From the sequence record OR983334.1: a DNA stretch of 64,000 nt; one strand, 5' to 3'. Each line of letters starts with the position of its first letter. Position 1 is the stretch's first letter. A model generated the notes under the pieces. That model did no database searches. It was given only the letters and a program-made list of their open reading frames with translations, and was not told where the DNA came from. The stretch is from Escherichia phage 1-6bf. The translations under genes were made by a program, and so were the position numbers. This document shows positions 36,529 through 46,131 of this stretch, one piece after another.

Positions 36529-37728
36529 ATGTTTCCAGTAACATTAGAAGATACTGAAGGTAATGTTTTAACGGTCAACCCTCCTTGTTATGGGTTCCTT
36601 CAGCTACGCAATTATAACGGGGGCGTTGAGGAAGAGGATGAAGAATATGATGAGTATTACGAACCTAACATGTATGAGGCAACTCATGGATGGAATATGC
36701 ACGTTCGAGTGTGGCATGAAGAAGCTAACGTTCGTAGTGCTGATGGGGAAGAATTCCGATTAAGCAGAGAGATGGATATGTGTAAAATCAAGCATATCTG
36801 GAACTCTGGAACTCATATGAAAATGTTAGGTTTTAGACGTTGGCGCGATGAAAAGCATGTAGCTGAAGCTTTAAGTTGGTGTTCGTATGAAGATGAAGAC
36901 ACGCCCCCTAAGAATAACATTGAACGTTGGAACGACAAAAACCCTGAACATCGAACCACACCTCGTGCTGTACTGGAAGCTATGGAAGCATTTGTGGACA
37001 AAGATCGTCCCTCCTGTTTACGCTGGCACGATAAAGGTTTTATGGGGGTAGCAACTGAGAACATCCCTGCTGATCGTTGTCTGTTCTATTTGATGTTAGA
37101 TCGAACCTTCTATTGTGAAGATGAAGAGAGTCAAGTTGAAACCTTCCTTCATAAATGGTTGGTTGAAGGCTGGACAATCCTTCAGGCTTATGTTTACTCA
37201 CGAATGGTTAGTACCTACACTAACCTCTTGGGGGAAACGAAAGCAACTCTGGTTGGTAATGATTGGGATGCTTGTATCTTCCCAGCGTCGCTGTTTACAG
37301 TCGGCATGGCTGATAAATATGCTGAAGCATTTCAAGTGCCATGGCGTCAACAGTCGTACAGAGATGGCTGTGGTCACTTCCGTGATGAAGATTTTAAGTG
37401 GATTCATTATGAGAATGATGAAACAGCAGAATTACGAGTTAATAACTCAATGTTCTTGCCAGTGATGCACCCCGATCTAGTAGAGAGTGAATCAGAAATC
37501 CTGAAATGTGATAACCTTTTGGTTAACTTTGCTCGTCGTGTCTCTAAAGATGAAAGAACAGCAAATAAATTAGTATATGGCATTCGTGCTGAGACTAAAG
37601 ACCTGTTCAACATCTATAACATTGTTCAGCGATTTAGTAGTGGAACTCTGGACCAAAGTTCGGAGTATTCAGTGATTCCATCCTCTGAGTGGGATGGTGT
37701 TATGAGCGGATTATTTTTAGGAAAATAA
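36529..37728 (+). CDS. Hypothetical protein (399 aa), first gene of amidoligase cluster
   Basis: ORF track; Trp/acidic-rich; no motif recognised. Confidence 0.4.
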   Translation: MFPVTLEDTEGNVLTVNPPCYGFLQLRNYNGGVEEEDEEYDEYYEPNMYEATHGWNMHVRVWHEEANVRSADGEEFRLSREMDMCKIKHIWNSGTHMKMLGFRRWRDEKHVAEALSWCSYEDEDTPPKNNIERWNDKNPEHRTTPRAVLEAMEAFVDKDRPSCLRWHDKGFMGVATENIPADRCLFYLMLDRTFYCEDEESQVETFLHKWLVEGWTILQAYVYSRMVSTYTNLLGETKATLVGNDWDACIFPASLFTVGMADKYAEAFQVPWRQQSYRDGCGHFRDEDFKWIHYENDETAELRVNNSMFLPVMHPDLVESESEILKCDNLLVNFARRVSKDERTANKLVYGIRAETKDLFNIYNIVQRFSSGTLDQSSEYSVIPSSEWDGVMSGLFLGK

Positions 37729-37738
37729 AAGGTTAGTT

Positions 37739-38710
37739 ATGTCAATCTCCACAACGATCGTACCTCTTAACCTTCAACAGGATTTAGGGGAACAGAAGTT
37801 CTTAGGTCGTGGGTGTTTCGGTATCCACAACTACATGCAAGGCCAGTGTGTAAATGACATTAATGGTGAAGTTATCACGGAAGAAGGGCGCTATCGTCGC
37901 TTCAACCGTGATATCAACTTGCAACTGGAGATGTTGAATTACTGGACTCACTCTTTTCATGGTCATGTTACATCTGATATTGAAAAGAATTTGGTTGAAA
38001 CAGCAGACATTATGAACTCCATGTCTTGCTATCGTGACGTATTTACGATCACTTCAGCGAATAGTGTTGCTGTCAACCTTCGTGAGCATCCAGCAGATCA
38101 GATCTTCACAGGACTTATGCTCTTTCGTAGTATTCTGGAAGGGCAATATCGTGGAATGGATTTCCTAGCAGAAGGAATTGAAGACAGGGAAGAGTGGCTG
38201 AAGCGTAAACGCATCGGCATCGCTCTAGTGTTAGCTGGGTTGGGTCGTGACTTCTTCGGTGGATGGTCTCAACGAGGAAGAGCTAATGGGAGTAGCGAAA
38301 GCACCTCTATTGTTATTAACAACAATATGTCAGCAGCAGCATTCCTTCCTTTGGTTGTAGACTCTGATGAATACACGAAGCAAGTATGGGTTCAAAACCC
38401 CTTCGGTGTTGGCGACAACGAGAATGGTTATGTTCGTAACCATAACCAAGATGCCTTACGAAGATTTGCTCGTGCTAAAGATCAAGACCCGGACGAGTAT
38501 GAAACAATGTCAGAGTGGTTAAGACTCTGGTCCAACTGTTATGGTCACAAACGTGAATCAATAGACGACAAGTTGGGAAACATTACAGTACAAAACTTTA
38601 CATCCCGACTGATTCAAAGAACTGGAGCAGATTCCGGTCTTACTCTTGAAGAAGTTGGTAACACAATCTCATCTCTCTTTTCTGAACTAGTGGAGTATTA
38701 CAATGACTAA
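37739..38710 (+). CDS. Hypothetical protein (323 aa), amidoligase cluster
   Basis: ORF track; no motif recognised. Confidence 0.4.
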   Translation: MSISTTIVPLNLQQDLGEQKFLGRGCFGIHNYMQGQCVNDINGEVITEEGRYRRFNRDINLQLEMLNYWTHSFHGHVTSDIEKNLVETADIMNSMSCYRDVFTITSANSVAVNLREHPADQIFTGLMLFRSILEGQYRGMDFLAEGIEDREEWLKRKRIGIALVLAGLGRDFFGGWSQRGRANGSSESTSIVINNNMSAAAFLPLVVDSDEYTKQVWVQNPFGVGDNENGYVRNHNQDALRRFARAKDQDPDEYETMSEWLRLWSNCYGHKRESIDDKLGNITVQNFTSRLIQRTGADSGLTLEEVGNTISSLFSELVEYYND

Positions 38711-39509
38711 GCGCAAATTCCTCATCGGCTCTGACCCTGAAATGTTCGTTCGTACTAGCAATGGTATCATCACTTCTGTAGCCGGTTTATTAGGCTGCTC
38801 TAAGGACGATAAAATCGCTCTGGCTAAGGATGTTCGTCTCCAAGAGGACAATGTACTGGCTGAGTTTGATATTGACCCACAGAGCGGTTTTGAAGCGTTT
38901 AACGATAACATGCAACGTGGTATTGATCTCACCAATAATGTCCTGAACAAACTGGACATGGAAACAGCTCCTGGTGTTAGCTCTCACATCTTCACTGAAG
39001 AAGAGATGAAGACCTTTAATGAATCAGCGTTCATCTTCGGGTGCACTCCTGATTTCAACGCCTTCACTGGTCAGAAAAACCCATCCCCGACTTCTCAGAA
39101 TAAGGGACTTCGTACTGCCGGTGGTCACGTACATCTTGGCGTAGTTGGTGCTTTGGATATCACTCTGCAAACTCAGATGATGCTTGGTGTGCTGTGTGAC
39201 TACTTCCTATCCCTCCCAGCAGTAATTATGGACAAAGATACTCGCCGTAAAGAACTCTACGGTAAAGCATCTGCAATCCGTTATAAAGACTATGGTATTG
39301 AATACCGTTCTCTGTCTAACTTCTGGATTAGTGATCGTGAAAACCGTAAGTTTGTTTACGATCAGGTTGACAAGGTTGTTCAGCAATGTGATATGTCCAC
39401 TCTGATGGCATTGCACTCTCGCCTTCCGATTGAGAAGCTTCATGAAATCATTAACGGGAACAATGTTAAAGAAGCTGACCAGCAGATCAAACTCCTTCAG
39501 GTAGCATAA
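38703..39509 (+). CDS. Divergent amidoligase / GCS2-like COOH-NH2 ligase candidate (268 aa)
   Basis: LIGSDPEMFV .. GGHVHLGV .. YGIEYRS pattern parallels the neighbouring amidoligase; start overlaps upstream gene. Confidence 0.4.
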   Translation: MTKRKFLIGSDPEMFVRTSNGIITSVAGLLGCSKDDKIALAKDVRLQEDNVLAEFDIDPQSGFEAFNDNMQRGIDLTNNVLNKLDMETAPGVSSHIFTEEEMKTFNESAFIFGCTPDFNAFTGQKNPSPTSQNKGLRTAGGHVHLGVVGALDITLQTQMMLGVLCDYFLSLPAVIMDKDTRRKELYGKASAIRYKDYGIEYRSLSNFWISDRENRKFVYDQVDKVVQQCDMSTLMALHSRLPIEKLHEIINGNNVKEADQQIKLLQVA

Positions 39510-39518
39510 GAGGTTATC

Positions 39519-40136
39519 GTGAGCTTAGTAGCTGATTTTTCTCATTACTATAATGGTACATGGATTGCTAAACGAGCAGGTAATATCAACCTTCCATGTT
39601 TTGTGATTGGTGTTGAGCAGAGCGGTAACTTCCGCAGTGATGACTTCTCTCACGAAGCAGAGCAGGCTCTGTACTTTGTTGTAGAGCAGTGGTACAAGAA
39701 CGAGCAAGGGCATCTTCGAAACACTACGATGAATATCCCAGTGTTCGACCCAACCCTGATTCTTGAATCACCTGACGTTGGTTATCTGTTCCATAACGGT
39801 AACACTGTAAGCTGGACTCATATTAACCCTGTTCGCCAGAGAGCAAAGGGCTTAATGGGTAATAAGATTCGAAATGCTCCGGGTGTTGGTCGTGCTATCT
39901 CCGGAGAGATGGTTTACAGTCTGTTCAATCCTGAATTCGAAGGATTGGTTACTCGTTATATTTACATCAACCCTACAGATGGTAAGGTGCATTATAAAGG
40001 TGCACTGGTAGGACAAGTAGATCTGGAAGCACCTCGTGACTCTTACGGTCAGCAACCGATGCGACTTCTGGAACATTTTCATCACATTTCTGAAAACCTT
40101 AGCAATTACAATATTACGTTGGTGGATTCGTTATGA
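39519..40136 (+). CDS. Hypothetical protein (205 aa), amidoligase cluster
   Basis: ORF track. Confidence 0.4.
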   Translation: MSLVADFSHYYNGTWIAKRAGNINLPCFVIGVEQSGNFRSDDFSHEAEQALYFVVEQWYKNEQGHLRNTTMNIPVFDPTLILESPDVGYLFHNGNTVSWTHINPVRQRAKGLMGNKIRNAPGVGRAISGEMVYSLFNPEFEGLVTRYIYINPTDGKVHYKGALVGQVDLEAPRDSYGQQPMRLLEHFHHISENLSNYNITLVDSL

Positions 40137-41236
40137 CAACTGTAGCGCAAACTTTTGGATATCGAGAAGGTCGTTTAACTGAGGCGCATAGTTCAATTGC
40201 ACTTCAGTGCGGTGTCGGTATTGAACTTGAACTCGAAGGTTCCGATCATATCGAAGCAGATATGTGGGATTGTACAGAGGATGGTTCCCTGCGTAATGGT
40301 TGTGAAATGGTATGTTCACGACCTTACAACGGACAGGAGTTGTTAGACGCTATCAACAACCTGAGTGAAGCAGTAGCTGAATCGCACGCCGAGGGGACTT
40401 GGCGTTGCTCTACTCACGTTCATATGGATATGAGGGATGCTGATAGTAATATCCTCAAGAAAACCATTCTCGCTTGGACCTTCTACGAAAAGATGTTGTT
40501 CAAGTGCTCAGGCTACCATCGTTACCGTAGCAATTTCTGCCCTGCGTTTGCAGTGGTACAAGCACAGGTAATGAATGCCTCTGACGCATTTAACTACGAT
40601 GGTGAAGAGTTCTTCAACCGTCTGGTTCGTTCATGGGATAAGTATACATCCCTGAACCTTCTGCCACTTGCCCAATACGGTTCGATTGAGTTCCGTATCA
40701 GCGAGCCTAAGTGGAAACGTGGTCAACTTCTCAATCTGGTTAACCGCTTCTTGATGCTGAAGAAGCTGGCTTTAGATAACGCAGATATGAGCAACGATCA
40801 GTTTGTTGAGCATTTAAATACTGTACGATTTGCCCCAATGCTTCCTTACCTTCCTCTGGATTACAATCTGGATGAATCGGATTTGCATTCAGGTTATTGT
40901 ATGGCCCGTGATGTTTTGTATTGTCGTTCTCATGAAGTAGAACAGTCTGGTCGTATTCGTTTACGTCGAACCAACTCCAACGGAGATGTTCTTGTTGACT
41001 TGCGTCTTATGTCAGACTTCTATGGATTCCTTGGTTATGTCCGAGGGAACGCTAACAACTTGTATCAAGAGATTTTGGTTATGCTTCGTACAGCAGACCT
41101 ATCTCAAGTAAGACACGCTCCAGAACAACGTATCCGTGCTATTTTTGACTTACTACGTGAGTCAGGTCACAGTGATAGCAATATCACAGGGTACATTCCA
41201 GACCATCTGGAAAATCAGTTAGAACAAGCGCTGTAA
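40133..41236 (+). CDS. Amidoligase (glutamine-synthetase-fold COOH-NH2 ligase) (367 aa)
   Basis: CGVGIELELEG .. STHVHMDMRD .. YGSIEFRISE blocks; ATGA overlap with upstream gene. Confidence 0.55.
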   Translation: MTTVAQTFGYREGRLTEAHSSIALQCGVGIELELEGSDHIEADMWDCTEDGSLRNGCEMVCSRPYNGQELLDAINNLSEAVAESHAEGTWRCSTHVHMDMRDADSNILKKTILAWTFYEKMLFKCSGYHRYRSNFCPAFAVVQAQVMNASDAFNYDGEEFFNRLVRSWDKYTSLNLLPLAQYGSIEFRISEPKWKRGQLLNLVNRFLMLKKLALDNADMSNDQFVEHLNTVRFAPMLPYLPLDYNLDESDLHSGYCMARDVLYCRSHEVEQSGRIRLRRTNSNGDVLVDLRLMSDFYGFLGYVRGNANNLYQEILVMLRTADLSQVRHAPEQRIRAIFDLLRESGHSDSNITGYIPDHLENQLEQAL

Positions 41237-41282
41237 TCAATGGGTGCCTCTGACAAAGGGGCACAATTTAAAGGTTAATTAG

Positions 41283-41312
41283 ATGAAAGGGTTTACCCTT
41301 CAGGTGGATTAG
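41283..41312 (+). other. Nine-codon upstream ORF (MKGFTLQVD) ending in TAG, in frame with the glutamine amidotransferase
   Basis: ATG at 41283 with AAAGG RBS; TAG at 41310-41312; in-frame AGGTGG lies 8 nt before ATT 41316. Confidence 0.35.
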
Positions 41313-41315
41313 AAA

Positions 41316-43346
41316 ATTTGTGGCATCGTATTAGCTGGCGGTAATCTGTCAAGCACTGATTTAGACGTATTCAACCAACTCTTTTATGCTGGAGTATTCC
41401 GAGGACAACATTCCTCCGGTATCTTTGGTCAGCGTAAAAGCACTAAGGAAGTCTTCACTTATAAAGAAGCTCTTCCTTCTTTCGCATTCATCCTACAAGA
41501 TGAGTACAAGAAGCACACCACTGGTGAAACAGCTTACACTGTAGCACCTTCATGGATTGTTGGTCACAGTCGTCATGCAACGAAAGGTGCAGTTAACGCC
41601 AAGAACGCCCATCCTTTCCAACATGGTAACATCACTCTGGTTCATAATGGAACCTTGATGGACCAAGATCTGTTACCTGACAGCAAAAGCTTCGAGGTAG
41701 ACAGCGAGAACATCTGCCACTCTATTAACACTATCGGTGCAGCAGAGACTATTCAAAAGCTGGATGGTGCTTTCACCTTAATCTGGCATGATGCTTCTGA
41801 TAACCGCCTTCATATCATTCGTAACGAAGAGCGTCCTTTCCACCTCGCACGTTGTAACAGAGATTGGTTTGGTGCTTCTGAAGAAGATATGTTGATGTGG
41901 ATTCTGAAGCGTTCTAAGTCTCATAAGAACCGTATTGACGAGCATTTTGAATGTAAAGTTGGTACAGAGTATATCTTTGATATGTCAAACAACGGCATGA
42001 CTCTGGTTGAAGAGGTCGCCCACGAGCTTCCGGTTTTTACGGTAGCCAATCGTTGGGGCAGTTATTACTCGAACAACTACAGCCAAAGCAACTATCAAAG
42101 TTCCTCAAAAAGCAGTACAAGCAATCCCTACGACACGAAGCCGGGAGTGACAGCGGCAGATGTTCGTCGAAGAAACGCAGTGGTAAGTCAAAACAAAATC
42201 GCAAGTGATCGAAACATTGATATTCGCCGCGATATGACTGTGGAAATCACTCCGCATGAGTTTGTTCCTTATGCAACTGCTGGTGCTGTTCCTTCTCGTG
42301 GTAAGATGATTGGTTATATCTACGATGAGAAATCTCAAGAGTATATCGAAGGTGATGTCCATAACGTAGATATTAAGGCTTATCAGGATGCCCTGAAAGA
42401 CCCTAAAATTGTTTACCGTGGGACAGTATCCTGTATCTCCGAAGTTAATGCTATGGTTCGCTTAGTGATCACAGCAGGTCGTTTTGTTGACCCATCTCTG
42501 GAGAAAAAGGAGCCTGAGTCTACTACTGCTGACTTTGATGATGATATCCCTTTTGACATGAATGATAGTTTCGTCAACAAGAATGGCGTTACTATCACTC
42601 GTAAATTCTGGGAAGCACATTCTCATGGTGATTGTGGTGGTTGTGACAAACACATTGATTGGAAGGATGCACCTAAAGCAGTCTTCGCATATCAGTGCTA
42701 CTGGCATCCTGAATGTCTGGAAGGTTTGACTAAACCTAAAGAGGAAGAAGAGGAGGAGACTCCTATTGGTGTTTGTGAAATCTGTGGTGAAGTTAAAACA
42801 GAGAATGAGTTCGATGATGAACTTAGTCGTCTTCGCGGTGAAGATATCTGTAAAGCCTGCGCTGTAGAGGTAAAGAAGAAAGTATCTAATGCTACGATCA
42901 AAGATGGTTATGTATGGATTAAAGCAACAGATACAACAAACGCCCGTCGTCCTGAGTTTGCTTTACGTGTAACTGAAGATATGATTGGTCGTATGACTGT
43001 ATTACCTTCCTCAGCGAAACAGACAGGCATCACTCTGGAGGATGTTGTTGATGCTTATGTTGAGAAACGTAGCAACAGTATTTTTGCAATCTCAACTAAG
43101 CCAAAAAAGGAGGAACCTGCTGAGAAAGCAGGTGTGTTTCCTGAATCACGAACAACTCTCCGCAAAACTGTTGTCAGCTTCGACGGAAACCGAAGCACTG
43201 ACTTCACCAAAGCCATGTGGTCAACCCTTGGATACTGCTCAGAGTGTTTTAAGCAGATTCCGTGGCGCGATGCTGAAAGTTGTACGCTTGGTTCTATGAA
43301 TCAAGTTTATTGTAATTCTCCTAAATGTTCATTGAATAGAGGTTAA
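41316..43346 (+). CDS. Class II (Ntn) glutamine amidotransferase domain fused to a ~430 aa Cys-rich C-terminal region; start codon uncertain (ATT or readthrough)
   Basis: Frame reads K-I-CGIVLAGG..VFRGQHSSGIFG..VGHSRHATKGAVNAKNAHPF..LVHNGTL, matching PurF/GlmS-type N-terminal motifs; C-terminal part has several CxxC pairs. Confidence 0.55.
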   Translation: MCGIVLAGGNLSSTDLDVFNQLFYAGVFRGQHSSGIFGQRKSTKEVFTYKEALPSFAFILQDEYKKHTTGETAYTVAPSWIVGHSRHATKGAVNAKNAHPFQHGNITLVHNGTLMDQDLLPDSKSFEVDSENICHSINTIGAAETIQKLDGAFTLIWHDASDNRLHIIRNEERPFHLARCNRDWFGASEEDMLMWILKRSKSHKNRIDEHFECKVGTEYIFDMSNNGMTLVEEVAHELPVFTVANRWGSYYSNNYSQSNYQSSSKSSTSNPYDTKPGVTAADVRRRNAVVSQNKIASDRNIDIRRDMTVEITPHEFVPYATAGAVPSRGKMIGYIYDEKSQEYIEGDVHNVDIKAYQDALKDPKIVYRGTVSCISEVNAMVRLVITAGRFVDPSLEKKEPESTTADFDDDIPFDMNDSFVNKNGVTITRKFWEAHSHGDCGGCDKHIDWKDAPKAVFAYQCYWHPECLEGLTKPKEEEEEETPIGVCEICGEVKTENEFDDELSRLRGEDICKACAVEVKKKVSNATIKDGYVWIKATDTTNARRPEFALRVTEDMIGRMTVLPSSAKQTGITLEDVVDAYVEKRSNSIFAISTKPKKEEPAEKAGVFPESRTTLRKTVVSFDGNRSTDFTKAMWSTLGYCSECFKQIPWRDAESCTLGSMNQVYCNSPKCSLNRG

Positions 43347-43348
43347 GT

Positions 43349-43582
43349 ATGGAAATTCGTAAGATGATGCTGGATAACGTTGTAACTACTCGACGTATCC
43401 CGATGACGAGCACAGGATGTGATAACCTTCGTGCAATCCAAAAGTGGATGCAAGCTGGTATTGGTCAAGTACTTGAAACACAGGTTGAGGTTCCTTTCCC
43501 AACGGTGATCAACAACGTGCTTGCTGATTATGTAAAAATCAAAGGCATTAAGGTAGAACCTCATGTCAAATCTGGTTCCTAA
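43349..43582 (+). CDS. Hypothetical small protein (77 aa)
   Basis: ORF track. Confidence 0.35.
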   Translation: MEIRKMMLDNVVTTRRIPMTSTGCDNLRAIQKWMQAGIGQVLETQVEVPFPTVINNVLADYVKIKGIKVEPHVKSGS

Positions 43583-43787
43583 GAAACCAAAGATCACTCT
43601 CCTACAGTATTATATGGGAGTTCATATCGAATTAGTAACGGAGCAGCGAAAGCTGTATCCGTTCGCTTTCGGTCTGATTGATGCACCATCCGATGAAGTA
43701 GAGAACGATGCGTTCAACGACTACTTCGAAATTGAAGCTCAGATTCAAAAAACTCGTAACGAAATTCTTAAACTTAAAGGTATCTAA
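43563..43787 (+). CDS. Hypothetical small protein (74 aa)
   Basis: ORF track. Confidence 0.35.
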   Translation: MSNLVPKKPKITLLQYYMGVHIELVTEQRKLYPFAFGLIDAPSDEVENDAFNDYFEIEAQIQKTRNEILKLKGI

Positions 43788-43789
43788 CA

Positions 43790-44986
43790 ATGACTACTCG
43801 TATCCGTGTTCTTCCTTATGGCCCTTCCGATTCAGTTCGTGAACTTACTTCTGCAATTAATACTAAGATTCAGGAACTCCGCTTAAATGCTAACGTAATG
43901 TCTTTGGTATCAGAAGGCTCTCGTTATCGTTCTCGAGCTGGTGATATTGTTGTAAACTATGGCAACCGCCGTTATGATGCTTCTTTCTTTGGTGGTGCAA
44001 CCGTATTGAACCCTGTTGAAGCTCTGAACCGAGCGGCTAACAAGATTGCAGCGTTCAACGCATTGCGTTTGGCTGAAGTTAAGACTGTTGAATACACTAT
44101 CGATCACGAATTAGCTCTGAACTGGAACCGAACCGAAATTGTTTATGAACGTGCAACCTTAACTGGTCACTCTGGTGAAGGTATCACCGTTCGTCTTCCG
44201 GGAGAAGGTGTTGCAAGTGCTCCTCTGTATACGAAAGGTATTCAAGGCCCACGTCGTGAATGGCGTGTTCATGTGTTTGAAGGTGTTATCACTTACGTTC
44301 AGAAGAAGATTCGTCGTAATGGATATCGTGAACTGGAAAGCTACCGTGAAGATATTCGTAACCATCACACTGGTTGGGTTTATTCTAACGCATTCACTGA
44401 AGCTCCTCCTGATCAAGTTCTGATTCAAGCTCACAAAGCTGTATCTGCTCTGGGCTTAAACTTCGGTGCTGTTGATCTGATTAGTAAAGGGAATAACGCT
44501 TGGGTTCTGGAAGTAAATACAGCTCCGGGACTGACTGGTACAACTCTGGAGACTTACACTCACAATATCGTTGAGTTTGTTAAGAGCTTCTCTGGTGTTG
44601 AACCTGACTATCGTGTTGCTTACCAACTGCCTGTTGAAGAAGTGGAAGAAGAATTTGCTGAATCAGCAGATGATGAGAACTTTGCATTAACAGCTGAGCC
44701 AGTTGCTGAAGAATCTTCGGAACCTGTTCCTGAAACGATGCAAGTTGAAGAGCAAGGGTTAGAGATCACCCCGATCACCCGTCGTAATCTGCGTCGTGGT
44801 TATTACATCGCTAACATCAAGCATCCTGAAAACGGTTCAACTGTAGCAAGTAACGTAATTGTTTTCTTCTGCGGTCGTAACTTCTACCGCTCTGGCTGGA
44901 ATGCTCCAATTAGTGATCGTCAGCTTGGTCGTGTGTTGCAGATTAATAGCATTACCCTGAATGATGGCACTGTTGTAAACTACTAA
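43790..44986 (+). CDS. ATP-grasp ligase (RimK-like) with acidic C-terminal region (398 aa)
   Basis: TLTGHSGEGITV Gly-rich loop, EWRVHVFEGV, FGAVDLI..WVLEVNTAPGL Mg/ATP-binding block. Confidence 0.6.
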   Translation: MTTRIRVLPYGPSDSVRELTSAINTKIQELRLNANVMSLVSEGSRYRSRAGDIVVNYGNRRYDASFFGGATVLNPVEALNRAANKIAAFNALRLAEVKTVEYTIDHELALNWNRTEIVYERATLTGHSGEGITVRLPGEGVASAPLYTKGIQGPRREWRVHVFEGVITYVQKKIRRNGYRELESYREDIRNHHTGWVYSNAFTEAPPDQVLIQAHKAVSALGLNFGAVDLISKGNNAWVLEVNTAPGLTGTTLETYTHNIVEFVKSFSGVEPDYRVAYQLPVEEVEEEFAESADDENFALTAEPVAEESSEPVPETMQVEEQGLEITPITRRNLRRGYYIANIKHPENGSTVASNVIVFFCGRNFYRSGWNAPISDRQLGRVLQINSITLNDGTVVNY

Positions 44987-44992
44987 GGATAT

Positions 44993-45241
44993 ATGGATAT
45001 GTTTTCATTGGAAGATCTAGTACAAAATGGAATGATGGAACAAAAAGAGCCTCTGACTGTAGGCTCTCGTAAAGAGTTGCGTAAGTTGTGTGAAGAATGG
45101 GGTATTACTAATCAGCGAATGATTGGTAATCAGTTCTCTGCAATTGTAACTTTCCTGAAACGTGGTGATAAGTATTCTATGGAATGTGTAGAACGTATCA
45201 TCACTGAAGCACAACAAGACAAGGGAGTGACCTATCTGTGA
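44993..45241 (+). CDS. Hypothetical protein (82 aa)
   Basis: ORF track. Confidence 0.3.
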   Translation: MDMFSLEDLVQNGMMEQKEPLTVGSRKELRKLCEEWGITNQRMIGNQFSAIVTFLKRGDKYSMECVERIITEAQQDKGVTYL

Positions 45242-45423
45242 ATAAGTATAAAGTTCTGTTTAAAGATACCAATACCGCTGGTGAAATGCGAGCTATGGAC
45301 CTCGATGCTGATATGTTTAACTTCACTGATGGCAAAGTGGCCTTCTTTCAAGGAAGTGAAGCTATTGCAGTGTTTGAAAGTGCAGCGATCTGTGGCGTAA
45401 TCAAAATCTTTATTACAGAGTAA
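45238..45423 (+). CDS. Hypothetical protein (61 aa)
   Basis: ORF track. Confidence 0.3.
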   Translation: MNKYKVLFKDTNTAGEMRAMDLDADMFNFTDGKVAFFQGSEAIAVFESAAICGVIKIFITE

Positions 45424-45492
45424 TCTGCTTTAGCCTCTTCGAAAGAGGAGGCTAGTTCGGATAAACTAAACAAACCAACAAAGGTATAGATA

Positions 45493-45912
45493 ATGTCAGA
45501 AGTAATTTACGTAGCAACTTATGGTTCTCTTCGTCGTGGTCAAGCTAACTATTTAGTTAATGACCGAGCTGGTGCTAAGTCAATTGGTGAAGGTTGGACT
45601 GAAGACAACTTCGATCTGTTCCGTTATGGTGGTTCCTACTTCCCAAGCATCTCTCTCACACACAGCAATAATAATAAGCCTGTTCGTGTAGAAGTGTTTG
45701 CTACTGACAAAGCAGGTCTGGAAGGTCCGTATGACCGTCTGGAAGGTTACAACAAACATAGCCCTGAAGACAGCTTCTATCAGCGTACTCAGATTGCTGT
45801 TAAGATGGACTCAGGTGAAACTGTTATCGCTTGGATTTATCACATCGACAAAGAACAAGACGTTCTGGTTGAATCTGGCGACTGGTCAGAGTATCTGAAA
45901 AGTGAATCTTGA
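45493..45912 (+). CDS. Gamma-glutamyl cyclotransferase-like (AIG2/GGCT family) protein (139 aa)
   Basis: N-terminal VATYGSLRRGQANY and later YDRLEGY, matching the YGSL / catalytic-Glu pattern. Confidence 0.5.
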   Translation: MSEVIYVATYGSLRRGQANYLVNDRAGAKSIGEGWTEDNFDLFRYGGSYFPSISLTHSNNNKPVRVEVFATDKAGLEGPYDRLEGYNKHSPEDSFYQRTQIAVKMDSGETVIAWIYHIDKEQDVLVESGDWSEYLKSES

Positions 45913-46105
45913 GAAAAGGCAGGCTCTTCGGAGACTTGAAGCCAAGTATTTAATGCTACGGTGCAAAATCAACCGACATGAACGTTTCGTTGAAGCTGCA
46001 CAAACCAAAAACTTTGAATCATCAGTGGAGATGTTCAAGACACAACTTTCTTTTTATAGGAAAGAACAGGAACAAGTGTGGGATGAAATTCGTTCGTTCT
46101 ACTAA
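45902..46105 (+). CDS. Hypothetical protein (67 aa)
   Basis: ORF track. Confidence 0.3.
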   Translation: MNLEKRQALRRLEAKYLMLRCKINRHERFVEAAQTKNFESSVEMFKTQLSFYRKEQEQVWDEIRSFY

Positions 46106-46131
46106 GCTCAAGGATTCCAAGGAGGAAGAGC

